NCBI GenBank assembly: GCA_973895155.1
Contig: OZ316895.1
Coordinates: forward strand, 19,296,803-19,360,802
From: Marsupella aquatica
Lineage: Eukaryota; Plantae; Marchantiophyta
Reading direction: 5' to 3'
DNA length: 64,000 nucleotides
Positions 47,895 to 61,983 of the stretch are shown in pieces; within the stretch, counting starts at the first letter, position 1, and every line of letters starts with the position of its first letter. The notes below the pieces were generated by a model. It saw nothing but the letters and a program-made list of their open reading frames with translations, was not told the origin of the DNA and ran no database searches. Both the position numbers and the translations under genes were made by a program.

Positions 47895-50380
47895 AATTGG
47901 ATCCTATGCGGTGACTTCAACATGACAGAACGGAGAGAAGATTCCATCGGCAATTCTCCCCTAATCAAAGGTAGGGAAGGCGAGTTCTGGCGGTTCCTTA
48001 AAATGAGGTTTGATTTGACTGATGCTTGGGAGGTACGTGGTGGGGCTACTGGCCCCCGTTTTACTTGGAGGCGAACGCGGAATGGGGACCTGATGCAGTC
48101 AAGGCTGGATCGATTCTACTTAAGTGAGCAGGGATGGTGGACAGGCAAAATTATGGAGCTCCTACACGATGGAGGGTCGGCTCTGTCTGACCATGATCCG
48201 GTGATACTGACTTTGCAACTCACAGGGACGGTGCTGGCAGGAGAGAGGGGGAAATTCAGGTTCTTTAGGGCCAATCCGGCTCTTTTGCGAAGGGAGGAGG
48301 ACTTGCTACTCTTGGAGGGTGCCTGGAAGGCTGGCATTGTGAGCGAGGACCCCCATTTGCGCTTTGCCCTAGCCAGTGGAAGGCTACGGAGGAGGTACAT
48401 TCAGCTACAAGCTAAACCTCGAACGGGTGAGGAAGAGCTAGCTTTCCTAAGGGCCAAATTGCGTTCCCTGAAACTATCAATCTTGGACTCTCATTCGGAG
48501 GATGCAATTCTGGAATACATGGATGCTGAAGACTCATTGCATGCATTGGAAATTGAGGAAGCTCTAAGAGGCCGAAGATTGGCCCGAGTGAAATGGCTGG
48601 GTGAAGGAGACGAATCCACCAAGTTCTTTTTTGCCACTGTGAAAGCAAAACGCTTGAGAGAGGCAATGTCCTCTCTGGTCAAAGATGATGGTAGCGTGAT
48701 TACTGATCCTCGTTGCATTCTGGAGGAAGTGGAACGTTTCTGTAAGGATCTTTACTCGCCTCCTGATCCTTCACAGGCTGAGGTGTCTAAGCAAACAAGA
48801 GAACGAACGAGACTTTTGGGTCACACACGATTTTCCATTTCAGCTGCTGAGATATCACAAATGGAAGCACTGCCATCCGCACAGGAGGTGAAAGATGTTC
48901 TATGGATGCTACCCTGCGACAAATCCCCTGGTCCGGATGGATTGACAGCGGAGGTATACAGAGCCTATTGGGAATTCACTGGTAAGGACCTAATTGAAAT
49001 GATCCAAGCATTTTGGCTCACTGGGGTGCTTGATGCAGAGATTGGTGACGGCATCATCAAATTCATCCCTAAGAAATCTGATAAGCGATTTCTTAAGGAC
49101 TGGCGGCCACTTACAATGCTAAATACCATTTATAAAGTCATTGCTGAGATCCTTGCTCTGCACCTGAAGCCTATCTTGCATAAGATTATAAGCCCACAAC
49201 AAACTGGCTTTATCCCAGGATGACATATCTTGGAGAATATATCACTTGCTTGGGTCACATGCGACTGGGTGCACAATAGGAAGATAGAAGCATTGTTTTT
49301 GAAGCTCGATTTTGAAAAAGCTTTTGACAGAGTCAACCACAATTATATCTGGGAATGTATGCATCTACTAGGGATTAGTGGATGCTTCATTATGCTTGTA
49401 CGTGCCCTGCTTGCTCACCCATCATCCAAAGTCCTGGTGAATGGCTTCCTGTCGGGCCCAATTGTTCTCAAGCGAGGAGTGCGACAGGGCTGTCCACTAT
49501 CACCACTGCTCTTTGTGATCTCCACTCAGCCTCTAATGGATTTCCTGGACGCTGAGATGGATGCGGGGCGACTCAGCGGCTTGAGAATCTTAGAGGTGCT
49601 CACAGTCTGTTACAGGCTTTTTGCGGACGACGTGGGAATGTTTATTCTTGCCTCTGAGGAGGCCTTTGAGGAGGCCACCCAGGCACTGGGATGCTATGAG
49701 ACTGCATCGGGAGCGCGGCTTAACTTAAAGAAATCGGTGGTGATCCCCCTAGCAATGGATGAGATCCCAGAGTGGCTCTCCAACACTGGTTGCAGGGTTA
49801 GCAAGAAAGGAGAGGTGCAAAAATACCTGGGGGCGCCCTTAGGTATCGGCCTGCATACAGAGCAGTTGCATCAATTCTGCCTTGACAAGATCAGTTCTAG
49901 ACTCTCGACCTGGTCTAACAAGCTTCTTTCCTTTACTGGCAGAATGTTACTAGTTAAACATGTCCTGCAAGCTATCCCTATATATCATGCAATGTATCTC
50001 AAAGCACCTGTTGGGCTGGCTAAGAAGCTGATTGCTCTTAGCAGAGATTTCCTGTGGGGTTACAATTCCGAGGGGGGCAGGAAGGTACCGCTGGTGGCTT
50101 GGGCCACGCTTGCTCTTCCCAGAGTTGAAGGGGGTCTTGGCTTCAAAGACTTTCAAAGCCACTCTGATGCCTTGCTATCTCAATGGTTCACCAAAGCTCT
50201 GAATTTCCCTAACCTTGAATGGGCAAGAATGCTTGAGGCCAACCTGTCACTGATGGGATGGATGAATTACAAGGCAATTAGACGTAATGGCTACACCTTT
50301 CAAGATAAACTTCTTCTTTGCACCCCTCGTTCATTTGGTGGTCTATCCTATACAGGTGGTCTGTGGAAGAGCTGGGAGCT
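47895..50380 (+). mobile_element. L1-like LINE ORF2 fragment (endonuclease C-terminus and RT), truncated at both ends
   Basis: WILCGDFN, SRLDRFY, SDHDPV (APE); KSPGPDG, WRPLTML, KLDFEKAFDRV, RGVRQGCPLSP, LFADD, KYLG; one internal stop at ~49221. Confidence 0.95.
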
Positions 50381-51792
50381 AGTAAGAAACTTAACGAATT
50401 CAACTATTCCTAACTTTCTACTCCTGGCTCAGAAAACTCTAAAATTTTGCCAACAAGTTTTCCTAGGTACAGACTACCTACTAAAGAAGTCTCATAACTT
50501 TTAAAGCTCTAGAACTTATTTAGAAAAATCAGAAAAGATGCACTATTCTTAAAAGACTAACTAAAAGGACTTAGACTCTCCTTCAAGCTTGTTGTCGGAT
50601 GTCTTCTGGCTCGAGTAGCTCCACTACTGTGACAATCCGATTCTGTGTAACTTCCATCAGCTCAGCCTGGCGTGGAGATCCTTGAGAGTAGGGTAGGCAT
50701 CTCAATTGTCTTTCAGGATACATCAGGGGCATTCTCTTAGATTAATATGTCTATTCGAAGAGCTTCTCTATACATCCCAATCACATCATAGTTATTACAA
50801 GTAGCAGCATATACTTGGGATAATGGTATAGGAATTCATCAGAATTCAGCATCCTAGAATAGAAAGGTCAAAGCCTTCATTTGACATCTCTAAAGTACCG
50901 GTTGAAACTGGCCAGAGTTTGAGAGGTGACATTGTTCCATATTCTCTGTTTCTCAACTAATGTGTTGGTTGAAACAAGTACGACCTTAGGCTCTCAAGGG
51001 ATGTAAGTTTTGGGGAGAAGTAGATTTCTTACTCTGCATGTGAAAAGAAATCACAAAGTCTAGAACATAAGCTGCAAAATTCTCAAAATATGCCAGAACC
51101 AAATCTGGATCCTCCACCTCCACATCTCCTTGAAGTAGCATCACAGCAAGGTGGGTCGGAAATAGATAGAGTCAGTCTAGAACTCATCAAATTGTGCCAT
51201 CTCCACTCTGGAAGTTCCAAAATACATGAGATCGAAGATATAACTGGCCTTTGTCTTCTTGAGATAGTAGTATCTCCAGAACTCTCCAACCGGTGGTCTG
51301 TTGGCCTGCATTATCTTACAGGTCTCCACATACCTATGCACTTGGGACTCTGGATGTCTCGGGTATCTGCTCTCGATGGTGGCATTCCGGGGTGTCTGAA
51401 TAGATGAGGTGACAATTGCTACTAAGTTTGGATTGGATCTTAAGGCAGTATCAACATCTTCAAATCCCTGCCTTGGGGATGACTCAAGAGAATTATCATA
51501 AGATCTATAAGTTTCACCATCTGAGGGTGGATCAGAGTCTTCAGGAAGATCCTTCCTAACAAAAGGGTACTCATACTGAGTCTGGGTGTAGGTGGGTCCT
51601 TCCGTAGGTTCATAACTAGAATCAAGACTGTAAGACATGCTAGCACTTGGGCACTGTTGTATCAAGTTGTTGACCACGGATACTATTTGTCGAGGTTCAC
51701 ACTGTAGTATCTCTAGCAAATCATCCACAATAGCTATACAACTGATACTTTTTGTCACTAGAACAGGTTCACTTGATTCTAAGAGAGGGGCT

Positions 51793-54700
51793 TGTGACAC
51801 GGGTAACGTGTCACTTAACCGAACGTAGGTCATAGATTAGGTCTTATACGATCATTAGGACCATAGCCGTAGCGTAGAATAGCACGAATAGCCGTCTTTT
51901 GCCATTATGAATAGATTAGGAGTAGGTTAGTTGACCGAATGATTACAAATTAAGGAAGAGGATTATTACGCTCGACCAAGATACGGTGGCGGCGGCGGAG
52001 TAAAAATCCGTTAGAGGAATCACGCTTGGACTGAGACGCCAACTTCAGCTCATTATCAATGACCAAACGGCCTGGCCCTCTCACGCTCGAGCTCACCCTG
52101 TCACCTCCATAAGAGAGGAGTCGATGGCGTTGCGGGCCATTTGCTCATTTCTACCTTTCGGAATTTGCGGACGCTGCCATTTTCTCGCCTTCTTGCTTGA
52201 ATCAAGCTGACCTTTACGAGGAGATCAACGAGGGATAAGAGCGGGTTGTGGCAAGATTTAGTCAGGGCGAGGAAGGCCTCCACCAGTAAGCGGACCAAAC
52301 AGCGGGAACGCGGACTCAACGAACCGGACTACAAAGGTTAGTATGACCCTTACAGCCTTGGGATTTTGGACCTTGTTTGGCGAGGTAGGTGCTAAGTTCT
52401 CCGAGACTTACTGGTACTCTTGTCCCGAGAAAGCCGCTTATGAACAAAGATATGCAAAGCTGGTGGCCAAGGTAGCACAGGTTAATTGCAAGAAGACAGC
52501 CATCACCAGGGATTCTAGCTACAACGAGCTGTGAGACTGGGATATGACTACACCGACACCACCAGTGCCTCAGCCGATGACCATCGGCGTACCTTCGAAC
52601 CGGTCCCAAGTCCGTCCCATGAACAACACCGAGTGTTCTTTGGGTTCCGAGCAAGTTAGTCCGCATCTTGAGCAGCGTTCTCGTAAGCGGGCAAGAATGA
52701 TGTCGGCCCCCGAATCGACAACACGAACCAACGCCGCTCCTGCACCTGCCCCAGCAAACCCCCCGGCCAATCAGACCCGACGGCCCCCGGATAATCCCAA
52801 GTCTAACTTATTACAGGTAATCCGCGTTCCCGAGGTAGTCTGGATCGCGATCAAGAAACTCAACCACGCGGACTATCTTAAGGAGCATCAGTTGGAGCAG
52901 TTCGCTCACTTGCTATGGAGACCGTGCGCGGCCGGGCCAAAGGAGATTATTGAGTTCATCTCCAATTTTGATACCGACGCATCGACCACCAAGGTTTCAG
53001 GGCAGACCTTATCACTCACGGAGCATCGGTTAGCATAGATCTTCTGCTTGCCAACCGGGCTGGTGCCAGTTGAACTCCAAATTTGGGATAAGGAGTATAC
53101 ACCTCGGCACTTCAAACCCGAAGGTAAGACGGACAATGGATACAAGCAGGGGTCGTGCACCAACTTAATCTGCATGGAGCGGCTTAACTTCATACGGACT
53201 ACCCTACACATGATTGAGCCACGATCCGAGATCTCCCTCTGCACAATCATGCAGGTGGAACTGTACAAACGGTGGAACTGGGCCCAATTCTTTTACCAAA
53301 GATTCTCGGTAGAGCTTAAGCAGGCTCAGGGAGGTATGGCTATTGGGGGGAAGACTTACCTGAGAAGTCATATCGCCATCATCCTCGCCTGGTACAAGGC
53401 ACGGCAGGAGGCCAGGGGAAAGAATATGGCCACCTCAGCCCCGACTAATGTCACCCCCGCTATGGAGGAGGCTACCTCGCCTCTGGCAAACCCCGAGCCG
53501 GAAGCCCCGACTAATACTCCGTCACCTCCCCGGGTTGAAATTCCGCCGCCCCCTTCCGTCGAGCCTCTGCTACCCCCAGTACAACCACCTCCAATCCCTC
53601 CACCACCTGAAGAAACCTTCCCCTCCCCAGCGCAGACTACGGAGGAGCTCGTTGCCCCGCCCGAGGAACCATCGGTACCCGAGAGGATGGAGGACTACCA
53701 AGTAGCCCCAGGGACCATGGCCTACGACCTGGTCTAGAAGTTTAGTCAGACTCTATCAGGGGAGCTGGCGACGTACATCGGACAACAAGTCTCGGCGTAC
53801 TTTCAACCAGCCTTCTTCATGTTAGAGCACCAACCACGGATCATAAGCCGCTTGGAAGAAGAACTCATGGCGAAGGGGAATGAGATTGGGCGCCTCCAAA
53901 TGCTGGTAGAACACCTCGAGGAGGAGGCCACTACCCGCCATGAGGAGTTAGTCCGCACCGTTGAACAGCGGGATGGACTAACCTAGGAGTTAAGCAGGGC
54001 GCAAGCGGATCTCAAGAAGATGGACGATATAGTGCTTCAATTGCGCTCGGAATCCTCGGCCCGGGTTACCAGCCTGACCGACCTCAACAACCAATTCCTA
54101 CAAACAGCTCAGCAGGTAGCTAGTCTCTCCGCTGAACGGGATAAATTGCTGACGCAGGACCAGACCCATCGCGACTCCATTAACCAGCTCAACCTGGAGG
54201 TAGCACGACTCCAGACAGAGGCCAATGAAGCTACAAACGAGGTTGAGGAGGCGGTGCAGGACAACAAGGCCTTGCAGGACCGCATTACCCTGCTCGTCCT
54301 CCAGCGGGGAAGACCTGGGCCCACCTTTGATCAAGGCGGCTCGAGGTCTCGCCCCGACAGAGGGACAAACCCTGGTCCAACCACGGCTCGCACGTAAGGG
54401 GTGGTTAGCAAAGGGAGGAAGCAGGCGCTGCGCAAGGCGGTTGAGTCTACGGCATCTTCTGGTTAGGCATAACTACAGAATAGCTATCATTAGGCGCCGA
54501 TTAGCAGCACAGTAGGATGAATTAGGACCGGATCAGTTAGGATCAGCCAACGTAGGATAGAGTCCATCAACGGACTAGATTTTGGTCAGTAGACAGCTGC
54601 TGCCATTCCGGTCAGCACCCTTGTCGTCAACGGTCAACCGGTTAGAGGAGTGCGGCCGGCTAGTCAGAGGGTATTTAGTCAGTAGGCATTACCCCGGAAG

Positions 54701-55381
54701 GTAGTATCTTCCGGTTCCTTTCCGCAATCTAGTATTTAGGCTTTCCCTTCTGCTGTGGGAAGGGGAGAAGGCGTAGTTATCTCAGCGTAAGGAAAGGCGA
54801 GGCACGGGGAGTCCCGGCCTGAGCAGGGTCAGAGCGCACCAAGGAGTGAGAGCCAGAGTCGAGCTTGTTGGGCAAGTGCAAGGCGGGGCCTCGTAGAGAC
54901 TAGGCATCAACTGCCGTTGGGCCCGCTGACCCCCTTAGAAGTCGAGTCAACTATGTAAACTGATTCTTCGCTGAGTAAATGTAGTCTTTTCCCTCTAATG
55001 TTTTCGCGAGTAACTGGTGTGGTGTGTATGCTTTGTCTGGGCAAAGGCGCCATTTCAAGGGACGTACCGGGTGCGGACTAATGGTAGGGATTGCCACCCA
55101 TTGCATGTCACAAGGTTCTGTCGCGTCGATGGCTTGAAAGCCCCAAGCCGAGAGTTAGTCCGAGTCACTAACTATGGGAATATTCCAGTGGTGGAAAACA
55201 AATATACCTATGACTAGTATGAGTTGCGTGAGTGTTATACCAGTAAGTATATTGCCTTAGCCCGACTTAGGGTCAATCGAGGCCACTACACACCTCCTCG
55301 CCCGAACCCTCACCCCTATTGGTGGTCAAGGTCGCCCCATGGAACTAAACAGGATTTAAGGCCCGGATTAGGGGCGCGACA
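51793..55381 (+). mobile_element. 3.6-kb TG...CA insertion (giant solo-LTR-like) with 5-bp TSD GGGCT
   Basis: GGGCT at 51788-51792 and 55382-55386; termini TGTGACAC...GCGCGACA. Confidence 0.92.
52343..54397 (+). pseudogene. Accessory protein homologous to 3513-5855, in a single frame broken by stops
   Basis: YLKEHQLEQFAHLLW...IIEFISNFD...VSGQTLSLTEHRLA*IFCLP...ERLNF...WNWA...GGKTYLRSH, Pro-rich linker, coiled-coil C-terminus. Confidence 0.75.
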
Positions 55382-57875
55382 GGGCTTGTTGGGTAGCAGG
55401 GGTGAGAGTCAAAAATTCCATTGGTGCTGATTCTCCTGGGGGAGGCCATCCTGATAGGGCTTAACTGGTCAGGGAATGGTGACTTCAAACTGACAGCTTC
55501 CATTCTCAAATCATTAATAGCATCATAGAGTCCATCATCACTACAACTGAGAAGAGATGTCAACTTATCAATGAGTTGTTGATTCAATTCAGCTTTCGAA
55601 GGAGTGGACAAGCTGGTCCTTAGGATGATAGCAGTAGTTGGTTCCGCAATATGCTCTTGTTGCTCACAGAGGTCTTCATCCTCTTCATCTTCTTTAGCTA
55701 CAGGTTGTTCTCCCATGCTGACTTCTCTTGAGTACACCTGGTTATTTAGAGGATGTTGGACAAGCTCCAAGTTGTGTTTAGGCGAAGCTTCAAGACCTCA
55801 CACAGATATATTTTCTATATCCATATCAATATCCTCATCATTGGATTTTAGGGAAATGGCATCCACTGGTTCTTCCACATCAATTTCTTCCTCAATGCCC
55901 ATCTCGATCAGAAGTAATCCCCTTTCTGTTCTCTCCTCGAAATGTAAGCAATCATGGGCATAATAAAGCTGAGAGAGATAATTCTGTAAGTAAGTGGTCC
56001 TCCCTGCTTCCAAGCTCCTTACTTGATCTTTCATTACATTAAACAGAAGTAGGGCCCAATTTACTTTTATAGCTCCACTGTGAGCAGCTACAATAGTATT
56101 AGCCAAGGCCACAGGATAGAGAGTTGGCTTTTTTGGATGAAGAATTGGTACCAGAAATTCCATGAGCACTCTCAATTCAGGATAAGTACACTGGGACAAG
56201 TTCCAACCATTCTTGAGATTTTGAGTTCCTGAGAAGTAAGGAGTGGAGATATCTTTCTCTTGGAGTATAATGCCTCTCCTTCTGATGGGCAGCCAAAGGC
56301 GTAAGCAATCTGGTCAACAGTCCATAGGCTGGGACAAGCTCAAATTGTTTGTCTGAATTCAACAGGGATGATAGTCCCTTTTACAAAATCCTGCAAGTAT
56401 GAGTCGAGCTCGACATTCTAGGGAATCTTGAGCAAGCGCTCCAATCCTAAGTGCTATAAAGAATTATGTAGATTAGCAAAACTATCAGGCGCTCGTGGTA
56501 TGCGATCTGCCACCACTTTAGGAATTGCCAGTGCATCAAACTTGGTACTGCTCCTCAACACCCAGGTCCGCCATAGCTTTGATAATAATTTTGCGTGCTG
56601 AGAAGGTTGCGTTCGAAGGGGGAGAGCAAGTGAATCGGGGTGGGGAGTAGACAGGAGTGAGCGCCTGAACTCTGCGCTCTGTTCCTATCAAGGCGTGAAG
56701 ACCCCGTTCCATTGCTAAGGCCCGTTGCAAAGTTAGCCATAGCGCCGTAACGTGAACTTTCCTTAAATGTGTAAGGCGTAATCCCGTATCGGTGTAAATG
56801 CATAACATCGTAAACCCATAAACCTGTAACGCTTATACGCATAAATGCGTAAATGCGTAAGCCCATTATAAAGTATACCTGTAGCTTTAGTAAGTCAGTC
56901 AAAACAAGGTTTACTTGGCACTTAATAGCAACAGCAGGCTTAAACACCTTAAAAAGTTTAAATTTTTTCAGTAATTTCAGGTTTTCGGTATTACCCACTA
57001 CTAACATGGCGCATAAACAGGAAGCATATGTGGAGAGGATTCAATCAACAAGAAGAGATCCACAATAACTGGGAATGGTAATGGTAATGGTAATGTATTA
57101 TAAGCTCCGGGACCATGAAAGTCAAAGGAGCTACCACAAAAAGTAAAGTACAATGCAATCAAAGAAAAGAGCAACCAAAAGAGATTGCTCAGAAGAGGAC
57201 AACTATGTCCTCAAAGAAACTATGGACCTAGAGAGCCCTGAAAGATTTTCCAAACCTATTCTCCTTTCCCTATCCACCGCAAAGATATATCTTCCAAGTT
57301 GCTGAGGGGGCAGACCAAACAATGCATACAAATCTTTCACCAAGATTTGAGATGCCAGATCAACTCTCCAGATCAACAATGATCATACATCAATCAAACA
57401 ATGTTCATAATATTCAATGTAGGGCCTTCATAATAGGCCTCTCAATGTTCAATGTCGTAGCTAAGGATCCATGCACAATTGGTTCAATCCATGCATCTAC
57501 ATGGATTCAGAAGCATCAAAAACCCTGAAAGAGTTTATGATTTGGCCCAAAATGACAATCTAAACAAACCAGAATGTGTATAAAATGCCTAAGTGCTCCT
57601 TCCATTAACATCAAAGTGGAAAGGAGTGTGTGTACACAAAAGCACTTAAGAACCACATAGTTAAGCTCCTCACGTACCAGCAAGCTGGCTGGCCCGCCCG
57701 CTCCTATTCCGCCCTCATGCCCCTCGTCCCGAGTAACCACGAGTTGCCCAGCTACCCATTCAACAGCAACAACTCCGCAACACATCAGGCTAGGTCGGAT
57801 CATAGCACGCAAAAATGACTTTGTAGCGCGATTACGCTTCTATTGTTGGCTTCGCATCAGCTGCGCAGCACATCA

Positions 57876-57967
57876 ATTGACCTCCAAATCTCAAAACATT
57901 CAATTCCTTTGATAGCCAGCCATTGACCTCCAAATCTCAAAACATTCAATTCCTTTGATAGCCAGCC
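57876..57967. repeat. 46-bp tandem duplication
   Basis: ATTGACCTCCAAATCTCAAAACATTCAATTCCTTTGATAGCCAGCC x2. Confidence 0.9.
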
Positions 57968-58234
57968 CATGATAATGTCCGAACTCAAAACCTGTCACCA
58001 ATCATAGATCTGTACATCGATCGGGCAGTAGGCCGATCGGACAGCAACTCAACATTGCTACAGATCGAGATACCAACAATCTGTTTGATAACAACACACA
58101 ATCCAAGCTACCACAAACCGTCGACAACTCAATCAATCGAACTTATGTCCGCACAGTCCGTACAACAAATTTTGAATCTGATCTTTCAATGTAATCTTCA
58201 CAATAACGATCTTGGTCAACAATACCCCATCGAT

Positions 58235-58493
58235 CTCGCACCGATTCGATCACATACATATGTCAAGCCAACGCACCTTGCACTACTCAAGGAATCCACG
58301 TTACACAAGCGGAGCTCACAGCCACCATAGCCACACTTGAGCTTCTCTCTCTCCAATGCTCAACATTGAAAGATAACCTTTCAATGCCTCACAAGAGAGA
58401 ACTACCCTCTCACACAAACCTAACGGAACCTTATCGGCTCATATAGCATACATACCAAACATACAGATCTAGATAGTACGATACACTCCAACA
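58235..58493. repeat. LTR-like repeat, similar to 61236-61490
   Basis: Shared blocks CTCAAGGAATCCACG, GCTCAACATTGAAAGATAACCTTTCAAT, CACAAGAGAGAACTACCCTCTCACAC, GATCTAGATAGTACG. Confidence 0.7.
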
Positions 58494-58514
58494 CTACCTA
58501 GAATGGTGTGACAC

Positions 58515-61227
58515 CTCGGGGGTCTCACTATATGGATGCCTCCCCATCCCTACGACGTTTTTAGGCCTTGGACCCCCTAAAATGTAAGAAAAAAATTATT
58601 TTCAACCCCTACAAAGTTGGAATATTCTTGGAATATTCCAAAAATTTGGTTAGAAAGACCCTAATGTTCTTATAAGTCTCAAAATTGAATTTAAAAGACC
58701 CTATTGTTCTTCTACAAAAATTCTTAAGTCTTCCCTTCAAACCAATAAAACAACCCTATCCTTCGTCGCACGTTGTCACGCGATTGACATGGGTCTTAAC
58801 ACCAAAAACGTCACTATGGGTGCCAAAACCATCTCCTTGTACCTGAGGATCATGAAGGGATGTTGTGAAGGCCGGTAAACACCAATTTGTGCCCTTAACA
58901 CTTGACTATCATAACAAGACTCTGTCACACATCACCCAAGCTCAATCCCTAAGAACCAAGGTTGGGAATCAGATCCGTGCTCATGATAGTTCTGGTGATA
59001 AGGGGTCTTCATATCGGGCCCGTACACACAGGGCCTAGCGCTACGATGCGCATATGTCTATACGTATGCTTACTGTCATAGGTATGTTTCTATTCCGCCG
59101 CCGGAATGTACCCATAAACCAGTGACTCCTGACTGATTCCCGGCTTAGGGACTTCTAAGCCATTGCCCCACCACTCTGCCATTCCACTCTCAGCAATCAG
59201 AGCTATGACAGTCCTCACCCAGCCCGCTTCAATGCACCCTGTACACCTCTGAGTGGCGCTGCTAGTCCCATCATACACTCAGATTGCCTCACACACACAC
59301 ACATCCATGAGAGAAATGAGGCTTGAGAGGAAAACTCAATTAGATTCAAAGATGTGCACAATAGTTCACTGAGAACACTTGATCCGAACACTAGGGCCGA
59401 AGGCTGTCTCCTCCAGATTGTGACGTGCTTGCCCTGCAAGCCCCATGCTTGCCATTCAAGCTCAATCCTGAACTTGAGCCCGACTCACTCCAGATTGCGA
59501 CGACAGATTGGACTCAAACGAATCCCGTACTTGCCTTGCAAACTCAATCCTGAACTCAACCTCCTTCACTGCACTTCATTTTTGGGGGCACATACAGATC
59601 TCACACCTCCAATTCAGAACGTCGAGTTACGCATGCATAGTTGACTCGACTTCAAAGCTGGTACCAGGCCTAACGGCGATCTACCCCAGACTGCAATGAG
59701 GCCCAGCCTCATGCTTGCCTTGCAAGCTCAGCTCTGGTCATAAATCCCTTAGTGCTCTCTACCAGACAAAGGCCGGGACTCCCCATGGATCACGTAGCCT
59801 TGCCAGACCGAACTGTAAATGCTCCTTAAGCTGCCCCTCAATCAATATCTCAGCCTCCCTAATGTGCTCACCACAAATCAAATTGACATCCTTCCCACAG
59901 TTTACAATCACCAATACATCACCTATCACCAAGGCTCTATATCGGGGGAAAAGAACCCAGTTGTGTTGCCTACTAGAAAGAGCCACAATCCAGCTTGCAA
60001 ACCTGGCCAACTGTTGCTGTGAAGCGTGGCTGATTACTCCCTGAGTAATAGCACAACCAAGCTCTCCCCAACACGCAGCGTCCAAGTCCAGCCTTGTTTG
60101 CACAGAGCCCCTCCCTGTTGCTCAGTCTAAGTGAGATCACACAACTGAAGTCCCCCCTGCCTCTACCGGGGGGTGCTCTATATACTCTCATATTGAGCCC
60201 AAATGGGTGGATACTACACTGCTGGAGCCCCATCCCAGCCCTAACAGAGCCGCCACTATCTCTAACTACTGAACCCTAACTCGCAACTTTATTTCTCTCT
60301 CGAATTGGCTATGTACTTCGGATTTGGCCCTCCTCCATGGTTTTTCCGAGCTTGCGCCTCCTCTCCCGATTTCTCTATTCAACCATTTGCTGCGTGGATA
60401 GCAGCGTTGGAAGCGGCTTGAGCTCCTCTTTCCAACGAGGTCAATTATAGCCGATTTGGGCAAATACAGAGAAAGTTATGCCCCCGCAACCGAGAGGGGG
60501 TACTCATTGCTATGCTAACCCGAGTTACATTGCTAACCTGAGTTTGGCTAATCTAGCTATCTTATCTAACCCGAGTAGAGCTAACCCGTGGTCTCGGATT
60601 AGACCGCTACCCGCTGTCCACTAACCTAGGCTAAGTTGAGCCCGAACCTGAGCTTGCCTATGCTAACTCGAGCCCGAGTTTAGGCTAACCCAAGTTCAGT
60701 CTAACCCGAGATCAATCTAATCCGAACCCGGGTTAAGCCTAAGCTGAAGCTGTGCTGACCTGAGCTAAGCTGAAGCTGTGCTTACATGAGCTAAGCTGAA
60801 GCCGTGCTCACATAAGCTAAGCCATGGCCGAGCTTAGGTTAACCCGATACCGAAGCCGAATCCGCTAATTCCGGCCACAAGTTAACCCGTCACACTAATC
60901 AGGCTGTATTTTCCTTAATACACCTCCGTTTCCCGAGTGTTTTATATCGATTTTACTCGCCTTGACCAGATCTTTCCAATGCTCTTTACAGATCCGGATT
61001 CGGTGACGTATTGAAAGAGATATGGTCACCGACCATCCACGACATAGTTTTTATTTCCCTACTCAATGCCATGATTGCCCTTATTCTTGCCATCTTGCTA
61101 ATTGTTATGCAATATCAATAGCTACTCCTTGTATATAGCAACCTACTTACTCAGATTATAGAATAAGGACCATGTCATCGGCATCACACACGTGATGTGC
61201 CATTTTTGTGGAAGTGAAACCCCCGAG
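58515..61227. mobile_element. Second copy of the 8-bp-TSD MITE, interrupted by the 58774-61188 insertion
   Basis: TIRs CTCGGGGGTCTCAC / GTGAAACCCCCGAG; TSD TGTGACAC at 58507-58514 and 61228-61235; matches the reverse complement of 8263-8559. Confidence 0.9.
58774..61188 (-). mobile_element. 2.4-kb TG...CA insertion (solo-LTR-like) with 5-bp TSD CACGT
   Basis: CACGT at 58769-58773 and 61189-61193; termini TGTCACGC...GCATCACA; carries the family hairpin motif at 59080-59161 and a degenerate GCTAAC/CCGAG array at ~60510-60900. Confidence 0.9.
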
Positions 61228-61235
61228 TGTGACAC

Positions 61236-61490
61236 ATTCAATCCTGTCCGATCCGATCACACACGTATGTCGAGCCAACGTACCTTGCACTCAAGGAATC
61301 CACGCTACATAGAGAGAGCTCTTAGCCACCATAGCCACCACACAAGCTCCCCTCTCCAAGGCTCAACATTGAAAGATAACCTTTCAATACCTCACAAGAG
61401 AGAACTACCCTCTCACACAACCTAATAGAACCTTATTGGCTCATATAGCACACATACCAAACATACGGATCTAGATAGTACGGTACCACA
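61236..61490. repeat. LTR-like repeat, similar to 58235-58493
   Basis: See partner feature; no flanking TSD found. Confidence 0.7.
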
Positions 61491-61983
61491 ACTACATTTT
61501 TGCATTTCAAGACCAGGTTTAACCTAACCCAAGACGACGTTCCTTCCATTTACGACGGACTATACATCGTTAAGCTCCGGACTGTTGTTGGATGTCGTCC
61601 GGAGTTCCGACGGGATCGGATAACGTCAACTTGTGTGACGTTAACTTTACGTCCTTTAAGACATGATAAGTTACCTCGTATATAACGTTGTACCTTACAT
61701 TACGTCTTACCAGACGTGGTAACTTACCTATTCCCGGAAGACATAAATGAGAACGATGTATAGGACGACATTCTGAAGTTTAGGCGTTTGAAACGACGTA
61801 TCTTCAGATGCATCGTCATAGAATACCATATGTGCATCGGGAAAAACGACGTTAATTCCACATATCAGCGGAGGACAGATTGAACTATAGGCGGGAGGCT
61901 CACTATAGCCTACATTCCCGAGTGAAGACATCAAAGGTCCTCAGTGTAGAGAAGTTGAACCGTGGGAGGCAAAGTGTTCAGCT

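Larger units (their letters stand above)
50381..57006 (-). mobile_element. Truncated relative of the giant LTR-like family with a decayed accessory ORF; host of the 51793-55381 insertion
   Basis: Minus strand starts TGTTAG at ~57006. Decayed ORF LGLERLLKIP*...LQDFV and LMEFLVPILHPKKP...VNWA (55798-56199) continues at 51792 and below. No TSD (left end lost). Confidence 0.55.

Noticed and set aside
57060-57800. (TGGTAA)n run and possible LINE 3' remnant
   Set aside because: Too degraded to assign; no diagnostic motif recovered.
60510-60900. Telomere-like CTAACC repeats
   Set aside because: An irregular GCTAAC/CCGAG array inside an LTR-like element, not a CCCTAAA tract.
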